From the UHGV virus genome UHGV-0259576: 59,361 nt of DNA; one strand, 5' to 3'. Origin of the DNA: a virus. Below, piece by piece: positions 8,286 through 17,912 of this stretch; the stretch's first letter is position 1; each line of letters opens with the position of its first letter. A program made the position numbers and the translations under genes. The notes under the pieces were generated by a model, which worked only from the letters and a program-made list of their open reading frames with translations, did no database searches and was not told the origin of the DNA.

Positions 8286-8678
8286 ATGTCAGGTATTTTT
8301 GAACAGCTGCTGGCCGAACAACAAAAAACCAACTCCCTGCTGGAACAGCTGCTGGCGAATGGCGGTGCTTCTTCCGCTGCAGCAGGTGAAGACGCTGGCG
8401 CCGGTAAGACCACCGCCAAAGGTAAAACCACCGCCAAAGGCAAATCCACTGCTGCGGCAGACAAGCCGAAACACACCAAAGACGAAGTAGTCGCTGCGGT
8501 CGTAGCGGTGAAAGACCGCTTTGGCGCACCGGAAGCCAAAAAGATCACCGCTAAATTCGGCCTGGCCAAAATCGCCGAAGCGAAAGAAGAACACTTCGAC
8601 GCGATTTTCGACCTGTGTGAAGCCAAACTGGCCGAACCGGAAGAGGATGAAGGCAACTCCGAAGAAGACGACGTTTAA
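8286..8678 (+). CDS. acidic low-complexity protein (130 aa) with in-frame 18-bp tandem repeat; C-terminus ...SEEDDV
   Basis: GAACGAGGA SD. Contains GKTTAKGKTTAKGKSTAA repeats. First gene of the rightward arm. Confidence 0.6.
   Translation: MSGIFEQLLAEQQKTNSLLEQLLANGGASSAAAGEDAGAGKTTAKGKTTAKGKSTAAADKPKHTKDEVVAAVVAVKDRFGAPEAKKITAKFGLAKIAEAKEEHFDAIFDLCEAKLAEPEEDEGNSEEDDV
8403..8456 (+). repeat. 18-bp tandem repeat (x2 perfect + 1 degenerate) inside CDS 8286..8678
   Basis: GGTAAGACCACCGCCAAA / GGTAAAACCACCGCCAAA / GGCAAATCCACTGCTGCG. Confidence 0.7.
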
Positions 8679-8696
8679 TCGTCGATCGTGTAACTC

Positions 8697-8717
8697 GGCC
8701 CCTGCGGGGGCCGTTTT
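8697..8717 (+). terminator. intra-operon hairpin+T-run (terminator or attenuator)
   Basis: GGCCCC-TGCG-GGGGCC followed by GTTTT, between genes 8286..8678 and 8733..9083. Confidence 0.45.
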
Positions 8718-8732
8718 AGCAGAGAGGTTATT

Positions 8733-9083
8733 GTGAATAAGTTTGGAACGGCAATAGCTATGACTACCGGCGGCGGAGAGGAAGTGCCTATGTGGGCAGA
8801 GTTCCGCTTCGAAATTGGCGACCGTAACCCCTTATTCAGAGTAACTTCCCCCACACGTGGCCAGAACGGCCGGCGGATTAACGGGGAATTCCGTTTCGTC
8901 GTAACCCATGTTGGGTCCGGGTATCGTTTCACCGATTTCCGTTTCGACCTTTTAGCGAAAGCCCGTTACAACCTGAAACGGAACAACTACGGAAGGGCCG
9001 GCGCAATGGCGGTTAAAAAGACAATCGATGAAGTAGGCATTGAACGAGTTTTACGCGCCATAAAAGGCTACCCGGATGAGTAA
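8733..9083 (+). CDS. hypothetical protein (116 aa, GTG start)
   Basis: GTG preceded by AGAGAGG SD. Stop overlaps the next gene. Confidence 0.5.
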   Translation: MNKFGTAIAMTTGGGEEVPMWAEFRFEIGDRNPLFRVTSPTRGQNGRRINGEFRFVVTHVGSGYRFTDFRFDLLAKARYNLKRNNYGRAGAMAVKKTIDEVGIERVLRAIKGYPDE

Positions 9084-10425
9084 GTCTTTCCTGGTTCGTG
9101 TTATGCAGGAGTTTGCGGGCGGCGGGCATTCGATATTCGCGCCGTCTGCCTCTGCGATGTGGACGGCCTGCGGAGGAAGCCTGCTGGCCAACCTTTTCGA
9201 AGAGGACGAGTGCAGCTATGAAGCGGCGGAAGGAACCGTCGCCCACGGCATCGCCGAGCAGTGGCTGAAAACGGACATCCGACCGACGCATCTTATCGGA
9301 ACTACGCAGGTCATCGAGGAAAAAGGCGTTCGGCATGAGATTGTCGTCACCCGCTCTATGATCGACTATGTTCAGGATTACGTTGACTGGTGCCGGTTCG
9401 AAGAAGGAATGATGCTGACGGAAATCCGGGTCTGGTTCACCGACCTGATGCCGCCAGCCAACGCTGACGAGCTGGAGGAAGACCCGGATGCCGAAGTAGT
9501 GCCGTTTCTCCCGCAGGGCGGTACCGCGGATAACATCATCATTCGTGACCGGGTGCTGATTGTCACCGACCTGAAATACGGAACCGGCGTCCAGGTTTTC
9601 GCGGAAGGAAACCCCCAGGCGTTGCTCTATGCATACGGGGCGTACCGCGCATTTAGCGACGAGTACGAGTTTGACCGGGTCATCATCCGGATCGCACAGC
9701 CGAGGTTTGAGCATTTCGACGTTTGGGAAGTGACTGTCGACGAACTGCTGGACTTCGCCGAGTTCATCCGCGAGCGTGCAGCGGCCGCCTGGTCACTCAA
9801 AGCCAAACGCAAGGCGACTCTGAAAGGGTGCCGGTGGTGCCGGGCCGCGCATCATTGCGCAGCGGTGGCGTACATGATGGAATGCGCCGTCGGTGCCGAC
9901 CTCGAATTCCTGGACACTGAATTCGGAGATTATGAGATGTCGCAGTTACGCGCCGCCCTGGCGGAAGAATACAAAATGCGGAAGGCAAAGTTCGGCGATC
10001 TGTCCGTTGCCGAGATGGCCAAGATCCTGCCGTACCGCAAAGTGATTGAAAACTGGTTCGCCCGCCTGGACCTGGAGCTGGAGCGGGCGGCGAAAGACGG
10101 TAAGCCGGTTCCCGGGCATAAGCTGGTGGAATCACGCTCTAACCGTGCGCATACCAACGTCGAAAAGGCTAAGGAGCTGTATGATTTCCTCGGCCTTGAC
10201 GAAAAAGACTATATGAAAACTGAATTGCGCTCGCCGGCGCAGATGGAAGAAGTTCTTCGGGATAAACTTGGACTGTCACGCGCCGGCGCGCCAATGGTCA
10301 TCGAAAGCGTCGTATGGAAGCCGGAAGGCAAGCCGACCCTGGTACCACTGACTGATAAGCGGCCACCGCTGGATCAGAAATATTCCGGCGCCTATGACGA
10401 CGAAGATGACGACGATGACGTGTAA
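9076..10425 (+). CDS. PD-(D/E)XK nuclease of the DUF2800/Cas4-RecB-like family (449 aa); C-terminus ...DDDDDV
   Basis: Motifs IIIRDRVLIVTDLKYGTG (D..D.K) and QALLYAYGA (QxxxY). Four-Cys cluster ...CRWCRAAHHC... typical of Cas4-like Fe-S nucleases. Confidence 0.75.
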   Translation: MSKSFLVRVMQEFAGGGHSIFAPSASAMWTACGGSLLANLFEEDECSYEAAEGTVAHGIAEQWLKTDIRPTHLIGTTQVIEEKGVRHEIVVTRSMIDYVQDYVDWCRFEEGMMLTEIRVWFTDLMPPANADELEEDPDAEVVPFLPQGGTADNIIIRDRVLIVTDLKYGTGVQVFAEGNPQALLYAYGAYRAFSDEYEFDRVIIRIAQPRFEHFDVWEVTVDELLDFAEFIRERAAAAWSLKAKRKATLKGCRWCRAAHHCAAVAYMMECAVGADLEFLDTEFGDYEMSQLRAALAEEYKMRKAKFGDLSVAEMAKILPYRKVIENWFARLDLELERAAKDGKPVPGHKLVESRSNRAHTNVEKAKELYDFLGLDEKDYMKTELRSPAQMEEVLRDKLGLSRAGAPMVIESVVWKPEGKPTLVPLTDKRPPLDQKYSGAYDDEDDDDDV

Positions 10426-10471
10426 ATCGGTAAGATGGTAAACCCGTAAATTCGTAACCCGGAGTAGAGAA

Positions 10472-11092
10472 ATGGCTGAAAAATTAATTCCCATTAAGAA
10501 AGTTAAAAACGGCGTTCTGTATAAGAGCGGTCACATCAAAGTTTCCAACGTACGCGCTTCATATCCGCACCTGGGCGCACCATACGGCGGAGACGGCGAA
10601 GGCGAGCCTAAATACGGTATCGTCGGGCTTCTGCCGAAGAAAACGCACAAAGAGATTTACCTGCTGCTGAAAGAGCAGATCGAAGTCGCCAAAAAGAACC
10701 ACAAAACCGGTCCGCTTAAAGTTGCTCCGGCCATGTTGTTCCTGAAAGACGGCGATGCAGATTATCCGGATAAGCCGGATTACGCAGGCATGTGGGTTGT
10801 TTCTGCGCGCGAGAGCAAAAAGCCCGAGGTTTTTGACATTGATCGCGATGAGTTAACGAGTAAGGCTGAGATTGAGGAAGAGATTTACGGCGGTTGCTGG
10901 GTCTCCATGGTTATCCGTCCGTGGACCCAGGAGAACAAATACGGCAAACGCGTAAACGCTAACCTGATCTCTGTTTTAAAGCGTAAAGATGACGAACCGT
11001 TCGGCGAAGGTCGTGTTGATACCTCCGACGCGTGGGATGACGACGAAGACTGGGAAGACGACGACGCCGGCGATGAAGACGACGACGTTTAA
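10472..11092 (+). CDS. DUF2815-family phage ssDNA-binding-like protein (206 aa); C-terminus ...DEDDDV
   Basis: GGAG SD. Conserved DUF2815-like core (IYGGCWVSMVIRPWTQ...GKRVNANLISV). Long acidic tail. Position between DUF2800 nuclease and DNA polymerase is typical for this family. Confidence 0.65.
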   Translation: MAEKLIPIKKVKNGVLYKSGHIKVSNVRASYPHLGAPYGGDGEGEPKYGIVGLLPKKTHKEIYLLLKEQIEVAKKNHKTGPLKVAPAMLFLKDGDADYPDKPDYAGMWVVSARESKKPEVFDIDRDELTSKAEIEEEIYGGCWVSMVIRPWTQENKYGKRVNANLISVLKRKDDEPFGEGRVDTSDAWDDDEDWEDDDAGDEDDDV

Positions 11093-11158
11093 CCCCCAGC
11101 CCGTCGGGCATTGAAACCGGAAGCCCGCCTAGTGCGGGCTTTCTCATAAGAGGACACC

Positions 11159-13201
11159 ATGGCCGATATTATTAACCTTGACTACGAAAGCCGGGCGCGC
11201 GTCGATTTGACGAAGCAAGGCCTGGACCGTTATTCACGCTGTCCGGATGCTAAAATCCTGATGGCAGCATATTCTGTTAACAATGGCAAGGTACAGCATG
11301 CCGACCTGTCCCGTGGCGCGAAGATGCCGGCAGAGCTGAAAGAAGCGCTGCTTGACCCTCACGTGGAGAAGTGGGCGTTCAATGCGCAATTCGAAAGGGT
11401 GATGACCCGCCGAGTTCTTGGCCTGAAAACCCCGTATAAATCCTGGCGATGCACGATGGTTCTGGCTTACATGCTGGGCTTTGCTGGCGATCTTCTGCAG
11501 GTAGGTAAGCAGATCGGGCTGAAAGAAGACCAGCTGAAAGACCCGGATGGCAAGCGGTTGATACGGATGTTCTGCATGCCTCAACGCGTCACCAAAAATA
11601 ACCCTTTTGAGTGGCGTAACGAACTTACGGATCCCGAAGAGTGGTGGGGCTTCTGCCGGTACAACATTCGCGACGTTGAAACTGAAATGCTGATTAAAAA
11701 TCGGCTTATCAAATACCCCATACTGCCGCAGGAATGGGACTTATACGCGCTTGACCAGCTTATCAATGACCGCGGCGTAATGATCGATACCGAATTCGCG
11801 CAGGCCGCACTGGACTTGGCTGACATGCGCAAACCGCAAATCATCGAAGAGATGAAAGACCTTACCGGCCTTCAAAACCCTAATTCCGTCTCACAATTGC
11901 TCCCGTGGTTACGCGAACGCGGATATCCGTTTGACGACCTTAGAAAAGACACGGTCGAGAAGGTTATCAGGGAGCAGGAAGAGAACGGCATTGATAGCGA
12001 AGCCATTCCCATTCTTAGCCTCCGGCTTAATAGCGCAAAAAACTCGGTTGCCAAATACCGGACTATGAAAAATGCGGCGGGTCACGATGGTAGATTCCGC
12101 TACTCTCTGCAGTTCGCCGGTGCCAGCCGGACGAACCGCTGGGCGGGACGAAAGATCCAGACGCAAAACCTGCCACGTACTCCAAAATTCCTGGAAGCGG
12201 TTGAAGACCTCACTATCGCGAACCGGTTCATCGCGAATAGGGAACTGGACAACCTGGCACTTTTCGTAGGTGAACCGATGGATGCGCTTGTCGGATGCAT
12301 CCGGTCTGCGTTTATCCCCTCGCCCGGTCACAAGTTTATCGTTGCCGACCTTGCTTCGATTGAGTCGGTCGTGATCGGGTGGCTGACAGACTGCAAATGG
12401 TTCATGGATACGCTGGCGATAAAACATGACCTGTATCGGTCGTTTGCGGCCCACTGGCTCGGATTGCCATACGAGGAGACAATCCCTCATCGTACTAAAG
12501 CGAAACCCGCCACCCTGGGTGCAGGTTATCGCCTTGGTGGCGGCCACCTTGGCGACGATGGGAAGAAAACCGGTCTGTGGGGATACGCGGAGAACATGGG
12601 CGTTCATATGACCCAGAAAGAAGCCGCGGATTCGGTGAAAGCGTTTCGTGAACTTTGCCCGGAAATCGTGGAGGCATGGAAACAGCTGGAAAACTGTGTC
12701 TTCCAGGTTATCCGTACGCATCGCCCGGTTAAGTGGAAGTGTCTGACTATCGAATACACCAAGCCATTCCTGACTATTAAGTTACCGTCAGGCCGCAAGA
12801 TGTACTACTTCCGCCCGCGCATCGTAGAACGCCAGATGACGGTTCAGAGCGGTGAACGTAAAGGCGAAAAGTACACCACTCTGAACTTCCAGTACGAAGG
12901 GAAAATCGAAAAAGCCAATGGTTCGTCCTGGGGCAAGGTGTTCAGCCACGGCGGCAAACTGGTGGAAAACATAGTTCAGGCCCTGGCGCGTGACGTCCTC
13001 GCCGAAGGGATGAAGAAGGCACACCGCATGGGCTTTAAGATCGTCATGCATATCCACGATGAGATCGTTACCGAAGTCCCGGAAGACAGCCCGTTAACCC
13101 TTGCTGACCTGATCGGCTGCATGGCGGCTAAACTGCCATGGGCGCCCGGATTACCGCTTGGCGCCGCCGGATGGGAAGGATATTTCTACAGGAAAGACTG
13201 A
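11159..13201 (+). CDS. family-A DNA polymerase with N-terminal 3'-5' exonuclease domain (680 aa)
   Basis: Exo I LDYE. Pol motif A (IVADLASIES), motif B (RTKAKPATLGAGY), motif C (MHIHDEIV). AAGAGGA SD. Confidence 0.9.
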   Translation: MADIINLDYESRARVDLTKQGLDRYSRCPDAKILMAAYSVNNGKVQHADLSRGAKMPAELKEALLDPHVEKWAFNAQFERVMTRRVLGLKTPYKSWRCTMVLAYMLGFAGDLLQVGKQIGLKEDQLKDPDGKRLIRMFCMPQRVTKNNPFEWRNELTDPEEWWGFCRYNIRDVETEMLIKNRLIKYPILPQEWDLYALDQLINDRGVMIDTEFAQAALDLADMRKPQIIEEMKDLTGLQNPNSVSQLLPWLRERGYPFDDLRKDTVEKVIREQEENGIDSEAIPILSLRLNSAKNSVAKYRTMKNAAGHDGRFRYSLQFAGASRTNRWAGRKIQTQNLPRTPKFLEAVEDLTIANRFIANRELDNLALFVGEPMDALVGCIRSAFIPSPGHKFIVADLASIESVVIGWLTDCKWFMDTLAIKHDLYRSFAAHWLGLPYEETIPHRTKAKPATLGAGYRLGGGHLGDDGKKTGLWGYAENMGVHMTQKEAADSVKAFRELCPEIVEAWKQLENCVFQVIRTHRPVKWKCLTIEYTKPFLTIKLPSGRKMYYFRPRIVERQMTVQSGERKGEKYTTLNFQYEGKIEKANGSSWGKVFSHGGKLVENIVQALARDVLAEGMKKAHRMGFKIVMHIHDEIVTEVPEDSPLTLADLIGCMAAKLPWAPGLPLGAAGWEGYFYRKD

Positions 13202-13497
13202 TGGCCGAATGGGGAACCCCTGTCGTCAGGGAATCGAAGGTCGAAGGCCGCTGCTGCGAGTATGCGCAGGGCCGCGGCTGGTGGGTGTCGAAGTTCACGG
13301 CACCTGGGAAAAAGGCCGTTCCGGATCGCGTTTTTATCCGGAATGGCGTTGTGCTTTTTGTGGAATTCAAGCGCCCTGGCGAAGAGCCGACGCTGCAGCA
13401 GCGCAACCGCCATCGGCAGATGAAAGCCAAAGGGGCTAACGTGACATGGGTGGACAATTTTGAAGACTTTAAGAACTACCTTATCGCCTTTGAGTAA
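13201..13497 (+). CDS. VRR-NUC domain nuclease (98 aa)
   Basis: ATG overlaps the polymerase stop (ATGA). The ~100-aa sequence matches the VRR-NUC pattern (E..VEG.C..YA...GWWVSKFTAPGKK..PDRVFI.NG.VLFVEFKRPGE.PT..Q...H.QM.A.GA). Confidence 0.75.
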   Translation: MAEWGTPVVRESKVEGRCCEYAQGRGWWVSKFTAPGKKAVPDRVFIRNGVVLFVEFKRPGEEPTLQQRNRHRQMKAKGANVTWVDNFEDFKNYLIAFE

Positions 13498-15031
13498 GGC
13501 AATTGCGTATTGCCAGCGCAACGTGATTCGCCAGCGGTCGGACATGCACGGCTACCAGGACGAGGGCGTCGGCTTCATCAAAGACACGCCGTTCTGCGGC
13601 CTGTTCGTCGACCTTGGGCTGGGAAAGACGGTGATGGCCGCTACCGCCGCGCTGGACCGTATCGTCGACGGGAAGGTTAACAAAGTGCTGATCGTCGGGC
13701 CAAAGCGCGTTGCGAAAGTGGGCTGGCCGAGCGAATTCGAGGAATGGGGGCATCTCTGCTTCTGGAAGATATCGGTCATCGACGGTGATGCAGCGCAACG
13801 CGAGCGCGCCGCACGCGAGGACTGCCATTTCTACACGGTGAGCGTGGATAACCTCGCGTGGCTGTGTACGCTGTTCAAAAAGAAATGGCCATACGACATG
13901 GTTATCCTGGACGAGTCCAGCATGTTCAAGTCGCATACCTCGCAACGGTTCAAGCTGCTGCGACGCTGCCGGCCGTACATAAACTACCTGGTGGAGCTGA
14001 CTGCCACCCCTGCCGCCGAAGGGTACATGGGCATTTTCGCGCAGACGTACCTACTGGACGAAGGCGAGCGCTTTGGCACCACGATCACCGGGTATCAGGA
14101 AAACTATTTCATCCAAAACAAGTACAACTTCAAGTTCAAGTTACGCAATGGCGCCGAGGAAGAAATCATCCGTAAGATCTCCGACATCGTCATGGTGATG
14201 AAGGCGGAAGATTATCTTGACCTTAAAAAGCCGACCCCGGTTCCGATACCGGTCGAACTTGACCCGCATTCCGCCGACCTGTACCGGCAGATGGAAGAAG
14301 AATCCCTCGTCGAAATAATGCCCGACGAATTTGACGAATATCTGGATGACCCATTGACGATTGAAGCCGAGCAGGCCGCGTCCCTCCAGGCCAAATTGCT
14401 GCAGCTGGCGTCCGGATTCATCTACGACACCAAAATCGTCGGGATCACCAGTGACGATAAAGTCGTGAAGCAGAAAGACGCTTATCGGATTCACGACCTG
14501 AAATTCGATGCGCTGGAAGAATTACTGGACACCACCCTGGAGGGGAAAAACGTCTTTCTGGCCTATCACTTTAAGCCGACTCTGGCCCGCCTGCAGGAGC
14601 GGTTCGGGAAAAGGGGTCTGGTCGTCATGGATGATGACGGCAAGGCGATTAAGAAGTGGAACGCCGGCAAGATAAAGCTGCTGGCGGCGCACCCCCAGTC
14701 CGCCGGCCATGGGCTTAACCTGCAGCACGGTGGTCACATCATCGTATACGTCGATAACCCGTGGTCGCTTGAACGGTTTCTGCAATTCAATGGCCGCCTG
14801 GCGCGTCAGGGCCAGAAGCACCCGGTGACGGTCTATCAGATGAAAGCGATGATCCGCCATCCGAAAACCAAGGAGCTGATCGACACTGTCGACGGCACCG
14901 TCATCGAAGCGCTAAATACTAAGAGTGATGTGCAAGATGCTTTTTTTGATTTGCTAAACCGCATCAAAGGCCGCATAACTAAGCGCATGAAGGCTAAGAA
15001 AACGGAGCTATGGGATGACGAAGACGACTAA
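13460..15031 (+). CDS. SNF2-family DEAD/H helicase (523 aa by ORF track; true start uncertain)
   Basis: Walker A LGLGKT. DExx box ILDESSMFK. Helicase C-domain motifs present. Start is either TTG 13460 (GGGTGGA SD, overlaps VRR-NUC) or ATG 13544. C-terminus is acidic ...WDDEDD. Confidence 0.8.
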   Translation: MKTLRTTLSPLSKAIAYCQRNVIRQRSDMHGYQDEGVGFIKDTPFCGLFVDLGLGKTVMAATAALDRIVDGKVNKVLIVGPKRVAKVGWPSEFEEWGHLCFWKISVIDGDAAQRERAAREDCHFYTVSVDNLAWLCTLFKKKWPYDMVILDESSMFKSHTSQRFKLLRRCRPYINYLVELTATPAAEGYMGIFAQTYLLDEGERFGTTITGYQENYFIQNKYNFKFKLRNGAEEEIIRKISDIVMVMKAEDYLDLKKPTPVPIPVELDPHSADLYRQMEEESLVEIMPDEFDEYLDDPLTIEAEQAASLQAKLLQLASGFIYDTKIVGITSDDKVVKQKDAYRIHDLKFDALEELLDTTLEGKNVFLAYHFKPTLARLQERFGKRGLVVMDDDGKAIKKWNAGKIKLLAAHPQSAGHGLNLQHGGHIIVYVDNPWSLERFLQFNGRLARQGQKHPVTVYQMKAMIRHPKTKELIDTVDGTVIEALNTKSDVQDAFFDLLNRIKGRITKRMKAKKTELWDDEDD

Positions 15032-15584
15032 AACTGCCCCGCTGGCGACCCGCAATCGGCGGTCGAATGCGCCGGACGCTGATACCGAGGCGATGATTTT
15101 TCAGGGATGCAACATAACGCAACTGGCGAAGCTGTTCCGCATGGAGCGCCGGGACATCACGCCGAAGATCATGGATATCCCGCCCGTCGGGGAGCGCGGC
15201 GGGTACCCGATTTACGCAGTCCACGAAGTCGCGCCGTACCTGGTGAAACCGCTGTACGACGTCGAGACGTATCTGCGTCGCATGAACTTCAAAGACCTTC
15301 CCAAAGAGCTGTCGAAGGAGTTCTGGAACGGCCAGCGCGCGAAGCAGGAATATGACCTGCGCGCAGGGAACCTGTGGCCAACGGAAGACGTGGTCAGTGT
15401 ATTCGGCGAAGCAATCAAAACGCTGCGAATGAGTCTGCTGCTGATCCCCGACACATTATCGCGGCAGGTAGGGCTTACCGAAACGCAGCGCAACGTGGTG
15501 CAGTCATCGGTGGATTCAATACTGGATGACCTCGCGAATACACTGGAAAAACGGTTCGCGGAGGAAGAAGACGATGAAGTTTAA
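15015..15584 (+). CDS. putative terminase small subunit / DNA-packaging protein (189 aa); C-terminus ...EEDDEV
   Basis: ACGGAG SD. Located immediately upstream of, and overlapping, the GpA-type large terminase. Confidence 0.45.
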   Translation: MTKTTKTAPLATRNRRSNAPDADTEAMIFQGCNITQLAKLFRMERRDITPKIMDIPPVGERGGYPIYAVHEVAPYLVKPLYDVETYLRRMNFKDLPKELSKEFWNGQRAKQEYDLRAGNLWPTEDVVSVFGEAIKTLRMSLLLIPDTLSRQVGLTETQRNVVQSSVDSILDDLANTLEKRFAEEEDDEV

Positions 15585-17649
15585 ATCGTTAAACCACATC
15601 ATCCGGTCGGTCGGCAGTCAGCTGCGGCCGCCAATGCGCATGACGGTCGCCGAGGCGGCCGCCAAATACCGTTACGTGAATCAGCCCGGCGCATATGTCG
15701 GGCCTTGGCTTAATATGACCACGCCGTACATGGTCGAGCCGATGAATACGCTGAATAGCCGCCACTACAACAAAATGGCGTTTGTCGGCCCGGCGCAGAG
15801 CGGGAAAACGGATGCGCTGATCCTCAACGGTATTACCTATTCGGTGAAAGTGGACCCCATGGATATCATGGTGTTCTGCCCGACTTCTACCGCCGCACGC
15901 GACTTCTCCATGCGACGCGTGGACCGACTCCATCGGCACAGCCCGGAAGTAGGCGCCATGCTGATGAAGAACCGTGATGCCGATAACAAATTCGATAAAC
16001 ACTACACCACCGGGATCATTCTGACGCTTAGTTACCCATCGGTTACGGAACTGGCGGGGAGGCCGGTTGGCCGTATCATCATCACCGACTATGACCGTAT
16101 TGACGATGACATCGGCGGCGACGGTAACGCCTTTGACCTCGCGTCAAAACGTACAACGACCTTCGGGTCGTTTGCCATGTGCGCGGCAGAATCATCGCCG
16201 TCCCGCCCGGTAAAAGACCCAAACTGGATCAAGAAAACGCCGCATGAAGCGCCGCCGTGCGACGGCATTGTCGGGCTTTACAATCGCGGCGATCGCCGGC
16301 GCTGGAAATGGCCATGCCCCCATTGCGACCAGTATTTCGAAGGAACGTTCCAGCTGATGAAGTGGGACACTAAGTCAGCCGATGGCCGAACGCTCACCAA
16401 CCTGGAAAAAGCAGAAACGGCCAGAATGGTCTGCCCATGCTGCGGCTGCGAAATCGCGCCGGAAGAGAAGTACGAGATGAATTTGTGGGGTATGTGGGTA
16501 CCGGAAGGATGTACGGTAAACGAGAAAGGGCAACTGGTCGGCGAGCCGGTTCGGGCGACATTCGCGTCTTTCTGGCTGCGCGGTACGGCGGCGGCGTTTA
16601 TCTCATGGCAGACGCTGGTGCTGAACTACCTCGATGCATCCGACGACTATGAGCGCACGATGTCGGAAGAGTCGTTGAAAAAGTTCTGGAACAACGACAT
16701 GGGAGAACCCTATGTGCCGAAGTCGATCGAGTCGGTTCGTGTTCCGGAAATGCTGAAAGCCCGGGCAGAGCCATGGGCGGAAAAAACGGTCCCGCCCGCC
16801 GTACGTTTCCTGGCGGCGACGGTGGACGTCCAGAAACACCGCTTTGAAGTGGCCGTATTCGGCGTGGCGCCGGGGTACCCGTTCGATATTTACCTGATTG
16901 ACCGGTTCAACATCATCAAATCAGAGCGTCTCGATATAGACGGCGAGCGGGAGAAGTTAAGCCCGGCGGCGTACCTGGAGGACTGGGGTTTGATCGAGAA
17001 GCAGGTCATGATGAAGACCTATCCGCTGGCCGATGACCCCAGTCGCGTGATGCAGGTCAAGATGACAGCCTGTGACTCCGGCGGTGCAGCAGGCGTAACG
17101 GCCAATGCGTACGAGTATTATCGCAAGCTGCGCCGCGAGGGGAAAAACGGGCGATTCATCCTGGTCAAAGGCGACCCTATGCCGAAAAGCCCGCGTACCC
17201 ATATCGCGACACCGGACTCTAACCGGAAGGACAAAAACGCGATCGCTCGCGGCGACGTTCCGGTGCTGATGATAAACTCCAACATGGTGAAAGATATGCT
17301 TAACGGACGACTCGATGTGACGGTCCCCGGCAAAGGCATGTATCATTTCCCTACGTGGCTTCCCGACTACGCATACGGCGAGATGTGCGCCGAGCACCGC
17401 GACGAAAAAGGCTGGCAATGCCCGCAGGGTACCCGAAACGAAACGTGGGACTTGAGTTACTATCTGATCGGGATGTGTATCAGCGGGCGTGTCCTCGCGA
17501 TGGAAGCAATAGACTGGGATAACCCGCCCGTCTGGGCTGACGAGTGGGATAAAAACCCGCTGGTGGTCACAATAGATAAACCGGAGGCCATCGCAGAAAA
17601 ACCAGATACAGGTTATAGTTTTGCGCAACTGGCCGAAATGTTAGCATGA
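15574..17649 (+). CDS. terL: terminase large subunit, lambda GpA family (691 aa)
   Basis: ATG with GGAGGAAG SD. Length, N-terminal ATPase region and overall similarity are consistent with GpA-type terminases. Followed by W-portal-protease order. Confidence 0.8.
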   Translation: MKFKSLNHIIRSVGSQLRPPMRMTVAEAAAKYRYVNQPGAYVGPWLNMTTPYMVEPMNTLNSRHYNKMAFVGPAQSGKTDALILNGITYSVKVDPMDIMVFCPTSTAARDFSMRRVDRLHRHSPEVGAMLMKNRDADNKFDKHYTTGIILTLSYPSVTELAGRPVGRIIITDYDRIDDDIGGDGNAFDLASKRTTTFGSFAMCAAESSPSRPVKDPNWIKKTPHEAPPCDGIVGLYNRGDRRRWKWPCPHCDQYFEGTFQLMKWDTKSADGRTLTNLEKAETARMVCPCCGCEIAPEEKYEMNLWGMWVPEGCTVNEKGQLVGEPVRATFASFWLRGTAAAFISWQTLVLNYLDASDDYERTMSEESLKKFWNNDMGEPYVPKSIESVRVPEMLKARAEPWAEKTVPPAVRFLAATVDVQKHRFEVAVFGVAPGYPFDIYLIDRFNIIKSERLDIDGEREKLSPAAYLEDWGLIEKQVMMKTYPLADDPSRVMQVKMTACDSGGAAGVTANAYEYYRKLRREGKNGRFILVKGDPMPKSPRTHIATPDSNRKDKNAIARGDVPVLMINSNMVKDMLNGRLDVTVPGKGMYHFPTWLPDYAYGEMCAEHRDEKGWQCPQGTRNETWDLSYYLIGMCISGRVLAMEAIDWDNPPVWADEWDKNPLVVTIDKPEAIAEKPDTGYSFAQLAEMLA

Positions 17650-17912
17650 GGATGACCACCATGACCCCAGATGAATGCCGAGCCAAGTACCAACAATGGC
17701 TGAATGACGCTATGGACGCCTATAACCAGCTGAACGTCGGTGGTTCGGTGCGTGTTGTGGTGGATCAGAACGGCGAACGCGTAGAGTATACGGCGGCCAA
17801 CCGCCAGAGCCTGTGGGCGTATATTCTGCGACTGCAGAACGCAATTAACTCACCCGACCCGTGCAGAGCCTTCTTCGGCACGCCGAGTCGCCCAGCGAGG
17901 TTTATTTTCTGA
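17646..17912 (+). CDS. head-tail joining protein, lambda gpW-like
   Basis: Small protein between terminase and portal. C-terminus ...GTPSRPARFIF resembles lambda W ...RRRGPAGFYV. Alternative start at ATG 17661 (GAGGA SD). Confidence 0.55.
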   Translation: MRMTTMTPDECRAKYQQWLNDAMDAYNQLNVGGSVRVVVDQNGERVEYTAANRQSLWAYILRLQNAINSPDPCRAFFGTPSRPARFIF